Shown in pieces: positions 40,019 to 49,284 of a stretch of 64,000 bases of DNA. The notes under the pieces are model-generated. The model was given only the letters and a program-made list of their open reading frames with translations, was not told the origin of the DNA and did not search any database. Source of the DNA: Acidobacteriota bacterium (GTDB lineage Bacteria > Acidobacteriota > UBA6911 > RPQK01 > JAJDTT01); assembly GCA_965263035.1 (NCBI GenBank), contig OZ253580.1:3456001-3520000 (forward strand), written 5' to 3'. The translations under genes were made by a program, and so were the position numbers. Every line of letters begins with the position of its first letter. Within the stretch, counting starts at the first letter, position 1.

Positions 40019-41179
40019 ATGAACAGACGCCATTTCATAACATCCACGGCCGGAGCCTGGGCGGCATCCCGTCTCGCTGGCAACACCGCCAATCTCTATT
40101 CGGCCAACAAAAAATACCGTGCCGCCGTGATCGGTCACACCGGCGTGGGCGGCTACGGGCACGGTTGGGACGCCGCCTTCAATCCGTTCGACACCATCGA
40201 CGTAGTGGCCGTCGCCGACCCGGACGACACCGGCCGAAAAGAAGTCATGAGCCACACGGGAGCAAAGCAGGGCTATCGGGACTATCGCGAAATGCTCCGC
40301 AAGGAGAATCCGGATCTGGTGGCGATCTGTCCCCACGCGCTGGACCACCGCCTGGAGATGGTCACGGCCGTGGCCGAGTCCGGTGCCCATATCCTGATGG
40401 AGAAACCCTTCGCGCGCGACTTGGTGGAAGCGGACGCCATGGTGCAGGCCATCCGGAAGAGCGGCGTGAAGGTCCAGGTCGGCTTGGTGACGGCGACGCT
40501 GCCCATGACGCGGCGCGTCCTGCAGATGGTCCGGCAAGGCGAGATCGGCGTGCTTCAGGAGATTCGGGCCCGAGGCAAGGAAGACCGGCGTGCAGGCGGA
40601 GAGGATCTGATCGTGCTGGGGTGCCACCTGATGCATCTGCTGAGGATGTTTGCCGGCAACCCGCAATGGGTGTTCGCCCACGTGACGGACCACGAGTCCG
40701 AGTTGAAACCAAGCCACATCCGCGAGAAGCAGGGACCGGGAAGCATGGGATCGCTTGCGGGAGACCAGATCGCCGCCATGTTCTATCTGGGGCAGGGCGT
40801 CCACGCCTACTTCGGATCCAAGGCAAATGACGTCAAGACAGGACGGCGTTTTGGAATCTACCTCTATGGCAGCAAAGGAGTGATCTACCTGCCGACCGTT
40901 GCGGGTGCGGCGATACTTCGTTCCCCCGATTGGCACAGTGGAGCTTGGGAGACCATCGAACTGACGGCGGAAGAGCGGGCCGGATCCGGCCAGTTGGCCA
41001 CCCTCATGGTGGCCGATCTGCTCCAAGCCATCGAGGAGGATCGTGAACCGGCCGTCAACGAGATGGACGGCCGCTGGACCACCGAGATGATCTCATCCGT
41101 CTACCAGTCCCAGTTGACGGGTGCGCGGGTGAGGTTCCCGCTAAAGGATCGGAGCCATCCGCTCGAGCGAGGAGCGTGA
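40019..41179 (+). CDS. Tat-exported Gfo/Idh/MocA family oxidoreductase
   Basis: MNRRHF Tat motif; VIGHTG.GGYGHG, HILMEKPFA, GKEDRRAGGEDL. Confidence 0.88.
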   Translation: MNRRHFITSTAGAWAASRLAGNTANLYSANKKYRAAVIGHTGVGGYGHGWDAAFNPFDTIDVVAVADPDDTGRKEVMSHTGAKQGYRDYREMLRKENPDLVAICPHALDHRLEMVTAVAESGAHILMEKPFARDLVEADAMVQAIRKSGVKVQVGLVTATLPMTRRVLQMVRQGEIGVLQEIRARGKEDRRAGGEDLIVLGCHLMHLLRMFAGNPQWVFAHVTDHESELKPSHIREKQGPGSMGSLAGDQIAAMFYLGQGVHAYFGSKANDVKTGRRFGIYLYGSKGVIYLPTVAGAAILRSPDWHSGAWETIELTAEERAGSGQLATLMVADLLQAIEEDREPAVNEMDGRWTTEMISSVYQSQLTGARVRFPLKDRSHPLERGA

Positions 41180-41241
41180 TAGGACCCGACGGCAACACTC
41201 TGGCCGCCGGCCGCTCCCGATCCTTGTTTCTCGTCGTTTTC

Positions 41242-42624
41242 CTAGAACTTCTCCGGAATCACATAAGGCGAACGGTAGTTCCGGGTCAGCATGGCGTTGG
41301 CCTCGTCATCACCGGTGTAGCGCTCGGTCCCGGGGTCGAAATCCAGGGTTCGGCCGAGCCGGTATGAAGTATTGGCCATGTGAATCAGGGCACAACTGCG
41401 ATGCCCTTCGACGATGTCGCCTTCCATGATGGAGCGGTCATTGGCGCGGATGGCCTCCACGAAATTGCGGAACATGTTGCCGCCACCGCTGCCCGAAGGG
41501 CCCGGTTCCCGTCCCTTTCCCATGAACGTCCGCCAGTTGCCCCCTCCATCGATCACCATGTAACCCTCGGAGCCGTAGAAGAGGTTGCCGATGTTGTTGC
41601 CGGCCCCTTTCCCCAATCCCCCTTCGTGATTGGTGGCCCAGTGGCGGACCTCGAACTGCATGATCTTCTTCTTGTCGCCGCCCCCCTGTTCGCTGGGGAA
41701 CTCGAAAAGAGACATCTGTGTATTGGGGGTCTCCTGATCGTCGTCGAACATGAAGTGGCCGCCCATGGATGAGATCTTGGTGGGCAAGGTGACGCCGAGT
41801 CCCCAGCGTGCGATATCCACCTGGTGGGCGCCCTGGTTGCCGATGTCTCCGTTGCCGTAATCCCAGTGCCAATGCCAGTTGTAGTGGAACCGGTTCCGGG
41901 TGAATTCACGCTTGGGCGCAGGCCCCAGCCAGAGATCGTAGTGGACGCCCGCGGGAACCGGCTCGGGTCCCTTGCGTTTGATGGTATTGCGCCACTTGTA
42001 GCACATCCCCTTCGCCAGGTAGACCTCGCCGAGTCCGCCCTCGTGCAGGAACTTCATGGCGGCTTTGTAGCCTTCGAAGGTCCGGCGCTCCGCGTGGTGC
42101 TGAATCAAACGGTCGTATCTCTTGGCCGCCTTGATCAGCTGCTGCCCTTCGAAATAGTTGTGGGTTCCCGGTTTTTCCAGGGTGGCGTGCTTGCCGGCCT
42201 GAACCGCCCAGAATCCGGCCAGGGCATGCCAGTGATTCGGCGTCGCCACGCTGATGGCGTCAATGGTGGGATCGTCCAGCACGCGGCGCAGGTCGTAATA
42301 GGTCGCGGGCCGCGGCAGGCCCATTTCTTCCATCTCCTTCACCCGCTTGGCGCTGATGTTCTCGTCCACGTCGCAGAGGGCCGCGACCTCGACGTTTTCG
42401 AGTCCTGCGTAGCCATTGACGTGGCCCCATCCCATCCCGCGGAGACCCACCACGGCGACTCGCACCCGGTCGTTCGCGTCCTTGATCTTGGCATAGCTCG
42501 CCGCGTTGAATCCCAACGACAATCCGGCTCCGACCGTTCCGGCCGCCACCGATCTCACGAAGGTCCGGCGTGACTCCGTCGAGTCCTGGCCAGTGTGGAC
42601 ATGGTTGCTGTTTTTCGTCGACAT
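41242..42624 (-). CDS. Tat-exported Gfo/Idh/MocA family oxidoreductase
   Basis: SRRTFV Tat motif; VVGLRGMG, ATPNHWH, EKP, YDLWLGPAP, GNGDIGNQGAH. Confidence 0.92.
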   Translation of the reverse strand: MSTKNSNHVHTGQDSTESRRTFVRSVAAGTVGAGLSLGFNAASYAKIKDANDRVRVAVVGLRGMGWGHVNGYAGLENVEVAALCDVDENISAKRVKEMEEMGLPRPATYYDLRRVLDDPTIDAISVATPNHWHALAGFWAVQAGKHATLEKPGTHNYFEGQQLIKAAKRYDRLIQHHAERRTFEGYKAAMKFLHEGGLGEVYLAKGMCYKWRNTIKRKGPEPVPAGVHYDLWLGPAPKREFTRNRFHYNWHWHWDYGNGDIGNQGAHQVDIARWGLGVTLPTKISSMGGHFMFDDDQETPNTQMSLFEFPSEQGGGDKKKIMQFEVRHWATNHEGGLGKGAGNNIGNLFYGSEGYMVIDGGGNWRTFMGKGREPGPSGSGGGNMFRNFVEAIRANDRSIMEGDIVEGHRSCALIHMANTSYRLGRTLDFDPGTERYTGDDEANAMLTRNYRSPYVIPEKF

Positions 42625-42674
42625 AGGTTCTTCCTCGTTTTACGGTCCTGTAAACACCCAATTTATCGGCATGG

Positions 42675-44081
42675 TCACCGCGCCGGTTTCATATCAGCCT
42701 CCCATTTTCCCAGGAGGCCCTTCAATCGATTGGCGGCTTCCGATCGGGATCTGAGCAGGTCGTTCTCCTCGTGGATGTCGCTGGACAAGTCGTACATCCA
42801 TTCCTCCGTCTGTTGCCCCTCAATCTTGCGGACATACTTGAGATCGCTCTCGCGCACGGCCGACCAGGTTCTGTCGCCGCGGCGGCCGCGCCAAAACAAG
42901 GTCCGGTCGAAATCTTCTCGATTCTCCGCCACGTGACCGATGATGTCGTAGCCGTCCAGCCGTTCAGCCGGCACGCCGGCGCCGGCCAATGTGAGGAACG
43001 ATCGAGTCAGGTCGAAGGTCGCCGAGACTTGTCCGCTCCTGGTTTCCGATTCGATTCGACCGGGCCAACGAATGATGAGGGGGACGCGGATGCCTCCTTC
43101 CAGAGTCGTCCCCTTGGCGCCCCGCAAGGGAGCCATATTGGCTGCCCCCTTCAGACCGCCGTTGTCCGAGACGAAGACGACGACGGTCTTCTCTCGGATC
43201 CCCGCTTCGTCGATGGCGGTTAGCAACCGGCCGACTTCCGAATCCATATCCTCCAGCATGGCGGCGTAGGTGGCCGGGTCGCTCTCCATCCAGTTCTCCT
43301 TGGTGACCACCTTGTCCTCGTCCTCAGGCCCCTGAAAGGGGAAGTGAGGGGTTTCGTGGGCCACATACAGAAACATGGGCCGATCTTTGTGCCGCTGGAG
43401 GAAGTCGATCGAAGCGTCGGTAATCAGGTGGGTCATGTACCCCTCCCGATAGACCGGCAATCTCCCGTCGAAGAGAACGTGCAGGTCGCTCAGTTCCCGG
43501 TGGTTGAAGTAGTGTACGTTCCCGCCCTGGTAACCGAAGAACTCGTCCCAGCCGTGCTCCAAGGGGTTGAACTGGGGTTCGTAACCCAGATGCCATTTGC
43601 CGAAGACGCCGGAGACGTAGCCGGCGTCCTTCAAAGCCCCCGGCATCACCGTCTGTTCCGAGGGGAGCCCCAGCTCCCGTTGCTCGGCCAGCCGGATCGC
43701 GTCGTCGTAACGGCCGACGTTGCCGGTGCCGATGGCGCACTCCAGTCCGCCGGCCCGTTGCTGGTAGCGCCCGGTCAAGAGCGCGGTCCGGGTCGGAGTG
43801 CACTCCGGCCCATTGGCGTAATGCTGGGTGAAATGCGCGCCTTCTTTCGCCAAGCGGTCGATGTTGGGGGTCTTGGCCATGGGATGACCGTAAAGTCCCA
43901 GGTCCCCGTAGCCCAGATCGTCCGCCAGGATCAGGACGATGTTCGGCTTTTCCGAAGTCTCAATCGAGGTCTGAACGTCCGGCGCACTCTCGGGAGGACT
44001 GCAGGCAGCGAAACCAAGAAGCAGGAAGGCGAACGATCCAAGCAGGCCGAATGTGGACTGCTGTTTCGCTGGTCGTAACAT
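42675..44081 (-). CDS. Sulfatase (probable lipoprotein)
   Basis: FAAC lipobox; KPNIVLILADDLG, ECTPTRTALLTGRY, GKWHLG, SDNGG. Confidence 0.92.
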   Translation of the reverse strand: MLRPAKQQSTFGLLGSFAFLLLGFAACSPPESAPDVQTSIETSEKPNIVLILADDLGYGDLGLYGHPMAKTPNIDRLAKEGAHFTQHYANGPECTPTRTALLTGRYQQRAGGLECAIGTGNVGRYDDAIRLAEQRELGLPSEQTVMPGALKDAGYVSGVFGKWHLGYEPQFNPLEHGWDEFFGYQGGNVHYFNHRELSDLHVLFDGRLPVYREGYMTHLITDASIDFLQRHKDRPMFLYVAHETPHFPFQGPEDEDKVVTKENWMESDPATYAAMLEDMDSEVGRLLTAIDEAGIREKTVVVFVSDNGGLKGAANMAPLRGAKGTTLEGGIRVPLIIRWPGRIESETRSGQVSATFDLTRSFLTLAGAGVPAERLDGYDIIGHVAENREDFDRTLFWRGRRGDRTWSAVRESDLKYVRKIEGQQTEEWMYDLSSDIHEENDLLRSRSEAANRLKGLLGKWEADMKPAR

Positions 44082-44134
44082 CGCGTCAGTCTACAGGAAT
44101 CAGGAAGGAGAGGCTGTTCGCTTCGGAGGGGCGT

Positions 44135-44319
44135 AAAACCTATGACGCCTTCAGGGCTGCCGGCGCGCCTGACGACAAGGCCCGAGACGCAGTCGTGGAG
44201 ATTGCGACTTACAAAACCGTCCGGCAAACATCGAAGCGGACGTGAGGCTCCTGATGTGGATGGTCGGTCTGGTTCTGGCCGGCGTTCTAAGCCTCGTTCT
44301 AAAGACCTTTATTTCCTGA
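44135..44319 (+). pseudogene. Frameshifted small coiled-coil/TM protein (DUF1640/CCDC90-like)
   Basis: KTYDAFRAAGAPDDKARDAVVEIATY, then a frameshift near 44213 into NRPANIEADVRLLMWMVGLVLAGVLSLVLKTFIS*; no clear start codon. Confidence 0.55.
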
Positions 44320-44454
44320 CTAATCCTTTCCGACTGACGCACTCTCCGCACGGATGCCCCTTGTCTGAGGGCGTCACCGACGAAATCTTGAAGCCGTTCC
44401 GAATCGCCTGCTCCCCGAAAGGAGAATCCCGTGGTTTCCTATGACCGGTAGACT

Positions 44455-45483
44455 TCACGAGCGGTCCTGTTCGAATGGGTCGGCATCAACCGATTCGAGA
44501 CGAGGGTCTGTGGATTCGAAGTTCACGGGCGATCTGGAGGACCGGTCCACACTGAGCTTGAAGATGTCGAACCGGTTGTACCCGCCCACCACGTCGTGGA
44601 TCTGCTTGGGGGCCACCGTTTGGGAGAGATCGATCTCTGCGTAGAGGAGGCCTTCCTCATCCTGCAGAATCTGGCTGACCGGGGTTCCCTCCGGACCCAT
44701 GACCACCGAGATGCCTCTGGGGCTCCCGTCCAGAATGCTGCCGGCCTCCGGGGTCAGTCGGCCCAGACGGTCCCGGGCCGCCGCATCCAGGAATCCGGAG
44801 GCCACCACGTTGAAGACCTTGCCTTCGAAGGAATGGGCACCGGCCCGAATCAGTATCGCCTGTTTGAGATCGTAGTTGCCGCCGGTGGCAGGATCGCGGG
44901 TGGGCCACAGGGGCGGGTAGGTGGATAGATGGACCTGCTCGCCCTGGGCCAGCAGGGCAAAACGAGCCAGGGGATTGGTGTTCTCCCCGCAAATCAGCAT
45001 CCCCACTCGACCCAGCCGGGTCTCGGACACCTGAAGTCCACTGCCGTCCCCGGGCGCCCAGACCAGTTTCTCGTAGAAGGTCGGAACCAGCTTGCGGTGG
45101 TGGCAGAGCATGTCCCCCCGGTCGCTCAAGAGCAGGTTGGCGTTCCAGAGGCAACCGTCGCTGATTGGCGAGACCTCGTTGAATCCCAGGGAGACGAAAA
45201 TGCCGCTGCGGCGGGCCGCGTCTGCAACCTTGCCTATTTCCGGCCCGTCCACCCGCAGACTGCCGGCAGCGAGTTGGCAGAAAAGATCATGGTTTTCAAT
45301 GGGGGCCTGCAGCGCGCACCAGAGCGGAAAGGCCGGTATGTAGGTCTCCGGGAAGACGATGAGCTGAGCCCCGTTGCGGGCGGCTTCCCCGATCAGGGCG
45401 CAGGCCTTTTCCAGCGTGGCGTCCTTGTCGAGGAACACCGGGGCCACGTGAGCGGCAGCCACCTTGTAGGCCGGAGGTTGCAT
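44455..45483 (-). CDS. Nitrilase (carbon-nitrogen hydrolase family)
   Basis: IVFPET, HRKLVPTFYEK, LICGEN catalytic E-K-C triad; DVVGGYNRFDIF tail. Confidence 0.9.
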   Translation of the reverse strand: MQPPAYKVAAAHVAPVFLDKDATLEKACALIGEAARNGAQLIVFPETYIPAFPLWCALQAPIENHDLFCQLAAGSLRVDGPEIGKVADAARRSGIFVSLGFNEVSPISDGCLWNANLLLSDRGDMLCHHRKLVPTFYEKLVWAPGDGSGLQVSETRLGRVGMLICGENTNPLARFALLAQGEQVHLSTYPPLWPTRDPATGGNYDLKQAILIRAGAHSFEGKVFNVVASGFLDAAARDRLGRLTPEAGSILDGSPRGISVVMGPEGTPVSQILQDEEGLLYAEIDLSQTVAPKQIHDVVGGYNRFDIFKLSVDRSSRSPVNFESTDPRLESVDADPFEQDRS

Positions 45484-45687
45484 GGTGAATGGGCGTCTCT
45501 TTCCCGCTCACTCCAGCCGGGCCGCCAGCGCCTCGAGAATTGGATCCAGGAGGCGATTCAGCCGGGTAAAGCGATGGGGATCGGACAGCATCAGGTCGGC
45601 ACTTTGAATAAACGGTCTGTCAACGAGCTCGTCGGCACAGCCGTGAGCCAGGTCCTCAAGGGCTTCCCGGGTGGTCTCAAGGTGGAA

Positions 45688-46644
45688 TCACTTCTCCTCT
45701 CCATATTGTCGCAACATTTCCGCGATTCTTTCCGGGGGCAGCTCACCCCGGTGGATCAGCATTCGGTAGCGCAGCCGGACCGGTGTCTCTTTGGAAATCG
45801 GGACGGGAACCCTTCCGGGGTAAACCTGGTTCTGCATGCTTCTGCCCCGGCGGAGAACCCAGCGGCGGGGCATTCCCGGTGTTTCCGGATGGCAGAGTAT
45901 GGTCAACCCGGAAACTCCGGTCTCGGCGTCGAAGGTGCCGGCCAGATCCATCCAGGGACCAGCCGTCAGCGGGGTCTCTATGGGCTCGAGCTCCCCAATT
46001 TCGCTGGTGAAACGGACGTCATCCGGCAAGCCGAGCCGGATCGTGAAGCCCCCATAGGCCTTCTTTCCCGCGGACCCGCCCAACCGGACACCCTCGACCA
46101 TGGCTTGCAGCCGGATGTCGAAGTCGATGGGACGGACGTCGTCCCGGACGGCGCCCACTTGAATTCTCACTTTTTCCCGAACGATCGGTTTGGGCTCGCC
46201 GTTGGAATCGCGCAGGAAGTGTGATCTCCACCAGACATGGGTGGCGAGGGTCAACCGATTCTTGTCTCCGGACAGAATCTCGATGTCGCGCACATCGAAC
46301 TCGATATTCTCGGCCCGCCACGGATTTCCTGCGGGCTTTCCGTCCACCGTGAGTTGGTGCCACCCCAGGAAAACGCCCCGGTGGTGAAGGTGGTCTTCCG
46401 GAAAATCCTCCGTCAGCACATGGCCGTCCAGTCCATACAGCGGATGAATGTAGTTGGCCCGGGGCATCTTGCCCTGATGAGACTTGGTGCGCCGCTGGTA
46501 AAAAAGGACCGGTTGGCCCCCGTCCGTGATCAAGACGCCCTCTTCGGTTTCCCTGGCATCGAGCGCGTCGAGCTTGGCTCCCACAGCGGTGCCGCCGAGC
46601 GACAGCAGGAGTGGGATCAGAGAGAGTCTGGCGAACCGATTCAA
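45688..46644 (-). CDS. PmoA-like family (DUF6807-type) exported protein
   Basis: YIHPLYGLDG..LTEDFPEDHLHHRGVF, YGGFTIR, WMD, LRYR pattern; signal peptide from TTG 46644 (start uncertain). Confidence 0.7.
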   Translation of the reverse strand: MNRFARLSLIPLLLSLGGTAVGAKLDALDARETEEGVLITDGGQPVLFYQRRTKSHQGKMPRANYIHPLYGLDGHVLTEDFPEDHLHHRGVFLGWHQLTVDGKPAGNPWRAENIEFDVRDIEILSGDKNRLTLATHVWWRSHFLRDSNGEPKPIVREKVRIQVGAVRDDVRPIDFDIRLQAMVEGVRLGGSAGKKAYGGFTIRLGLPDDVRFTSEIGELEPIETPLTAGPWMDLAGTFDAETGVSGLTILCHPETPGMPRRWVLRRGRSMQNQVYPGRVPVPISKETPVRLRYRMLIHRGELPPERIAEMLRQYGEEK

Positions 46645-46703
46645 GACAGTTGCGATCGCTCCTGAACTCCGTGGGGGTTGGTGTCGGCATCGAGTATACA
46701 TCG

Positions 46704-46797
46704 GAGAGGAAAGAGGAAAATAGGAAATCAGGAAAGAGAGAAGAGTTCGCGCCAATCCCACTCTTTTCTCTTTGCTCTTTTCTCTTTGCTCCCTCCC
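46704..46797. repeat. Purine heptamer array followed by pyrimidine heptamer array (imperfect hairpin)
   Basis: AGAGGAA AGAGGAA AATAGGA.. then (CTCTTTTCTCTTTG)x2 at 46761-46788. Confidence 0.6.
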
Positions 46798-46817
46798 TTG
46801 CTATTCTGACCCCGGTT

Positions 46818-49106
46818 TTGAAGTCCTCCCTGGCCCTGTTCCTACTGATTCCAGCCTTCGTTCTCGGAGCCGCATTCTGGCATTCCGGTCGATCTCAGGA
46901 ACCTCTCCTCGTTTCCGGGACGGACGCAGGCTACCTTAGTGCCGATTCCTGCCGGCCCTGCCACTCGAACGTCTACGAGACCTACCAACATACGGGGATG
47001 GGGCGCTCCTTCTATCGTATGCGGCCCGAGAAGTCGGTCGAAGACTGGACCGGGAACAACGTCTACTACCACGCGGCCTCGAAACGCTACTACACCATGG
47101 TTGAGCGGGACGGCCGGTACTTCCAGCGGCGCCACCAGATCGGGTTCGGCGGCAAGGAAGTGAACGTGGTGGAGAAGGAGATCCATTTCGTCGTGGGTTC
47201 CGGCAACCGAACGCGGACCTACCTCCACCACTCGCCCGACGGCAAGCTCTTCGAGCTTCCGGTGAGTTGGTACAGCGAGAAAGGGTCCTTCTGGGCCATG
47301 AGTCCCGGATACGACTCCCGTTCCCACCATGGATTCCAGCGGAGAATCCATCACGGTTGCATGTTCTGTCACAACGCCTATCCGGAAATCGAGCCGGGAA
47401 GCGACTCCTTCGGACGGGCCTCCTTTTTCAGGGGGAAAATCCCGGAAGGCATCGACTGTCAGCGCTGCCACGGGCCTGGGCGGAACCATGTCGCCGTGGC
47501 GAAAAAGGCGGACGCCTCGTTGGAAGCGGTTCGGACCAGCATTCGGAACCCGGGAAGGATGAGCCCGGAGCGGCAGATGGAAGTCTGCATGCAATGCCAT
47601 CTGGAGACCACCAGTGCCCGGCTGCCGCCGCTCATTCACCGCTTCGGGCGGGGTGTGTTCTCCTTTCGGCCGGGCGACGAACTGTCGGACTACGTCCTCC
47701 ATTTCGACCATGCACCGGGCGCCGGACATGACGACAAGTTCGTCATCGTCAATGCTGCGTACCGGCTGCGTCAGTCACTCTGTTTCCAGAAGAGCGGCGG
47801 AGCGATGACCTGCGTCACCTGCCATGATCCTCATGACATCCCAAGGGGTGAGAAGGCCGCTCGCCACTACGCGGAGGTCTGCCGGAGCTGCCACGCGTCG
47901 GCGCTCGATGAGCAGATCGCGTCACGAAGGCACACTTCTTCGTCGGGTTGCCTGACTTGTCACATGCCGAAGCGCCGAACGGACGACGTCGTTCACGCTG
48001 TGATGACCGATCACTACATACAGCGCTTCAAGCCGGAGCGGGATCTTCTGGCCCCGTTGGAGGAGGAACCCTTTTACAAGCGGCCGTATCGAGGCGAAGT
48101 GAAGCTCTACTATCCAAGCCAGATCGCAACGCGGGAACGGGACCTCTACCTGGCAGTGGCACAGGTGGAGGACAAGTCCAATCTGGAAGCGGGGATCGAG
48201 AATCTGGAGAGGGCCATCGAGACCCACCATCCGTCAGAGCCCGAGTTCTACCATCGTCTGGGCGAGGCCTATTTCGAGGCGGGACAGTTCGCCAAGGCGA
48301 TTCCCATGTATGAGGAGGCCCTGCGCCGCCAACCCGATCTTTGGACCACCCTTCACCGTCAGGGACTGGCCCTGGCCAGATCGGGGCAGCTTTCCCGAGC
48401 GGTGACCGTCCTGGAACGGGCGTCGCGGAACGATCCGGAACCGGGAGCGATTCTGAACGACCTGGCTCTCCTCCACTGGGAATCGGGGCGCGTCGACCAG
48501 GCCGTGAGGACCTTGAGGGAGGCCATCGAGCCGGACCCGGAGCGCTCGGAGGTCCACAGCAACCTGGGAGCGCTTCTGCTCGAAAGGGGGCTGTTCGGCG
48601 AGGCGGAAACGGCGCTGCGTGAGGCCGTCCGTCTGGAACCGGACCTGCCGGCCGCCCACCACAACCTCGCCACCGTCCTGGTGGCTCGGGGAGACTGGGC
48701 CGAGGCCGAATATCATCTCGAGAGGGCCATCGAAAACAATCCGTCCGACGTTCAGATCTACCTGGACTATGCGGCCATCCTGGCCCAGAGGGGACTCTAC
48801 GAGCGAGCTCGAGGTTATCTGGAGGAAGCCCTCAAGCTGGACCCCAGGCGTCCGGACGCCCACAGTCTATTGGGGGAGATTCTGGCGTCAGACGGCAAGA
48901 TCGAAGAGGCCTTCTCCCATTTCGAGAAGGCTCTTGAACTGAACCCTTCGCATCATCGGACGCACTTCAGTTTCGGTGCCGTCCTCGCTCTCTCGGGGGA
49001 TGTGAAACAAGCCATGAGCCATCTGCGGAAAGCGTCCGAAAGCCCTGATCCCGGAATTCGCCAAGCCGCGCTGGATCTGTTGAGGGAATTGAATCGAGCC
49101 CCGTAG
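46818..49106 (+). CDS. Multiheme cytochrome c (7 CxxCH) + TPR protein
   Basis: CRPCH, CMFCH, CQRCH, CMQCH, CVTCH, CRSCH, CLTCH followed by TPRs; signal/TM segment from TTG 46818 (start uncertain). Confidence 0.88.
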   Translation: MKSSLALFLLIPAFVLGAAFWHSGRSQEPLLVSGTDAGYLSADSCRPCHSNVYETYQHTGMGRSFYRMRPEKSVEDWTGNNVYYHAASKRYYTMVERDGRYFQRRHQIGFGGKEVNVVEKEIHFVVGSGNRTRTYLHHSPDGKLFELPVSWYSEKGSFWAMSPGYDSRSHHGFQRRIHHGCMFCHNAYPEIEPGSDSFGRASFFRGKIPEGIDCQRCHGPGRNHVAVAKKADASLEAVRTSIRNPGRMSPERQMEVCMQCHLETTSARLPPLIHRFGRGVFSFRPGDELSDYVLHFDHAPGAGHDDKFVIVNAAYRLRQSLCFQKSGGAMTCVTCHDPHDIPRGEKAARHYAEVCRSCHASALDEQIASRRHTSSSGCLTCHMPKRRTDDVVHAVMTDHYIQRFKPERDLLAPLEEEPFYKRPYRGEVKLYYPSQIATRERDLYLAVAQVEDKSNLEAGIENLERAIETHHPSEPEFYHRLGEAYFEAGQFAKAIPMYEEALRRQPDLWTTLHRQGLALARSGQLSRAVTVLERASRNDPEPGAILNDLALLHWESGRVDQAVRTLREAIEPDPERSEVHSNLGALLLERGLFGEAETALREAVRLEPDLPAAHHNLATVLVARGDWAEAEYHLERAIENNPSDVQIYLDYAAILAQRGLYERARGYLEEALKLDPRRPDAHSLLGEILASDGKIEEAFSHFEKALELNPSHHRTHFSFGAVLALSGDVKQAMSHLRKASESPDPGIRQAALDLLRELNRAP

Positions 49107-49284
49107 GGGCGATAGGAGGGGGGACATTCCTGTCCCCCCTCTTCATTGTTGGTCGGGAATCGGCGGTTGGAGAACTCTGCTCCCACGCCGAAATGCGGAG
49201 GGGGGGCTGCCGTCCCCCCCTATACCCCCCAAGAGGGCGACTGGAAATCGCCCCTCCCGGCGGTTGGAAACCGCCGCTCCTATC
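49103..49284. repeat. Composite REP cluster (BIME-like) between convergent genes
   Basis: GTAGGGGCG-ATAGGAGGGGGGACATTCCTGTCCCCCC; GGAGGGGGGGC..GTCCCCCCC; GGGCGACTGGAAATCGCCC; CGGCGGTTGGAAACCGCCGCTCCTATC. Confidence 0.8.

Noticed and set aside
45688-46644. Particulate methane monooxygenase
   Set aside because: Soluble exported protein of the similarly named PmoA-like family; no multi-TM pmoCAB genes are present
49103-49284. CRISPR array
   Set aside because: The hairpins are non-identical, irregularly spaced REP-like elements, with no constant repeat-spacer period and no cas genes
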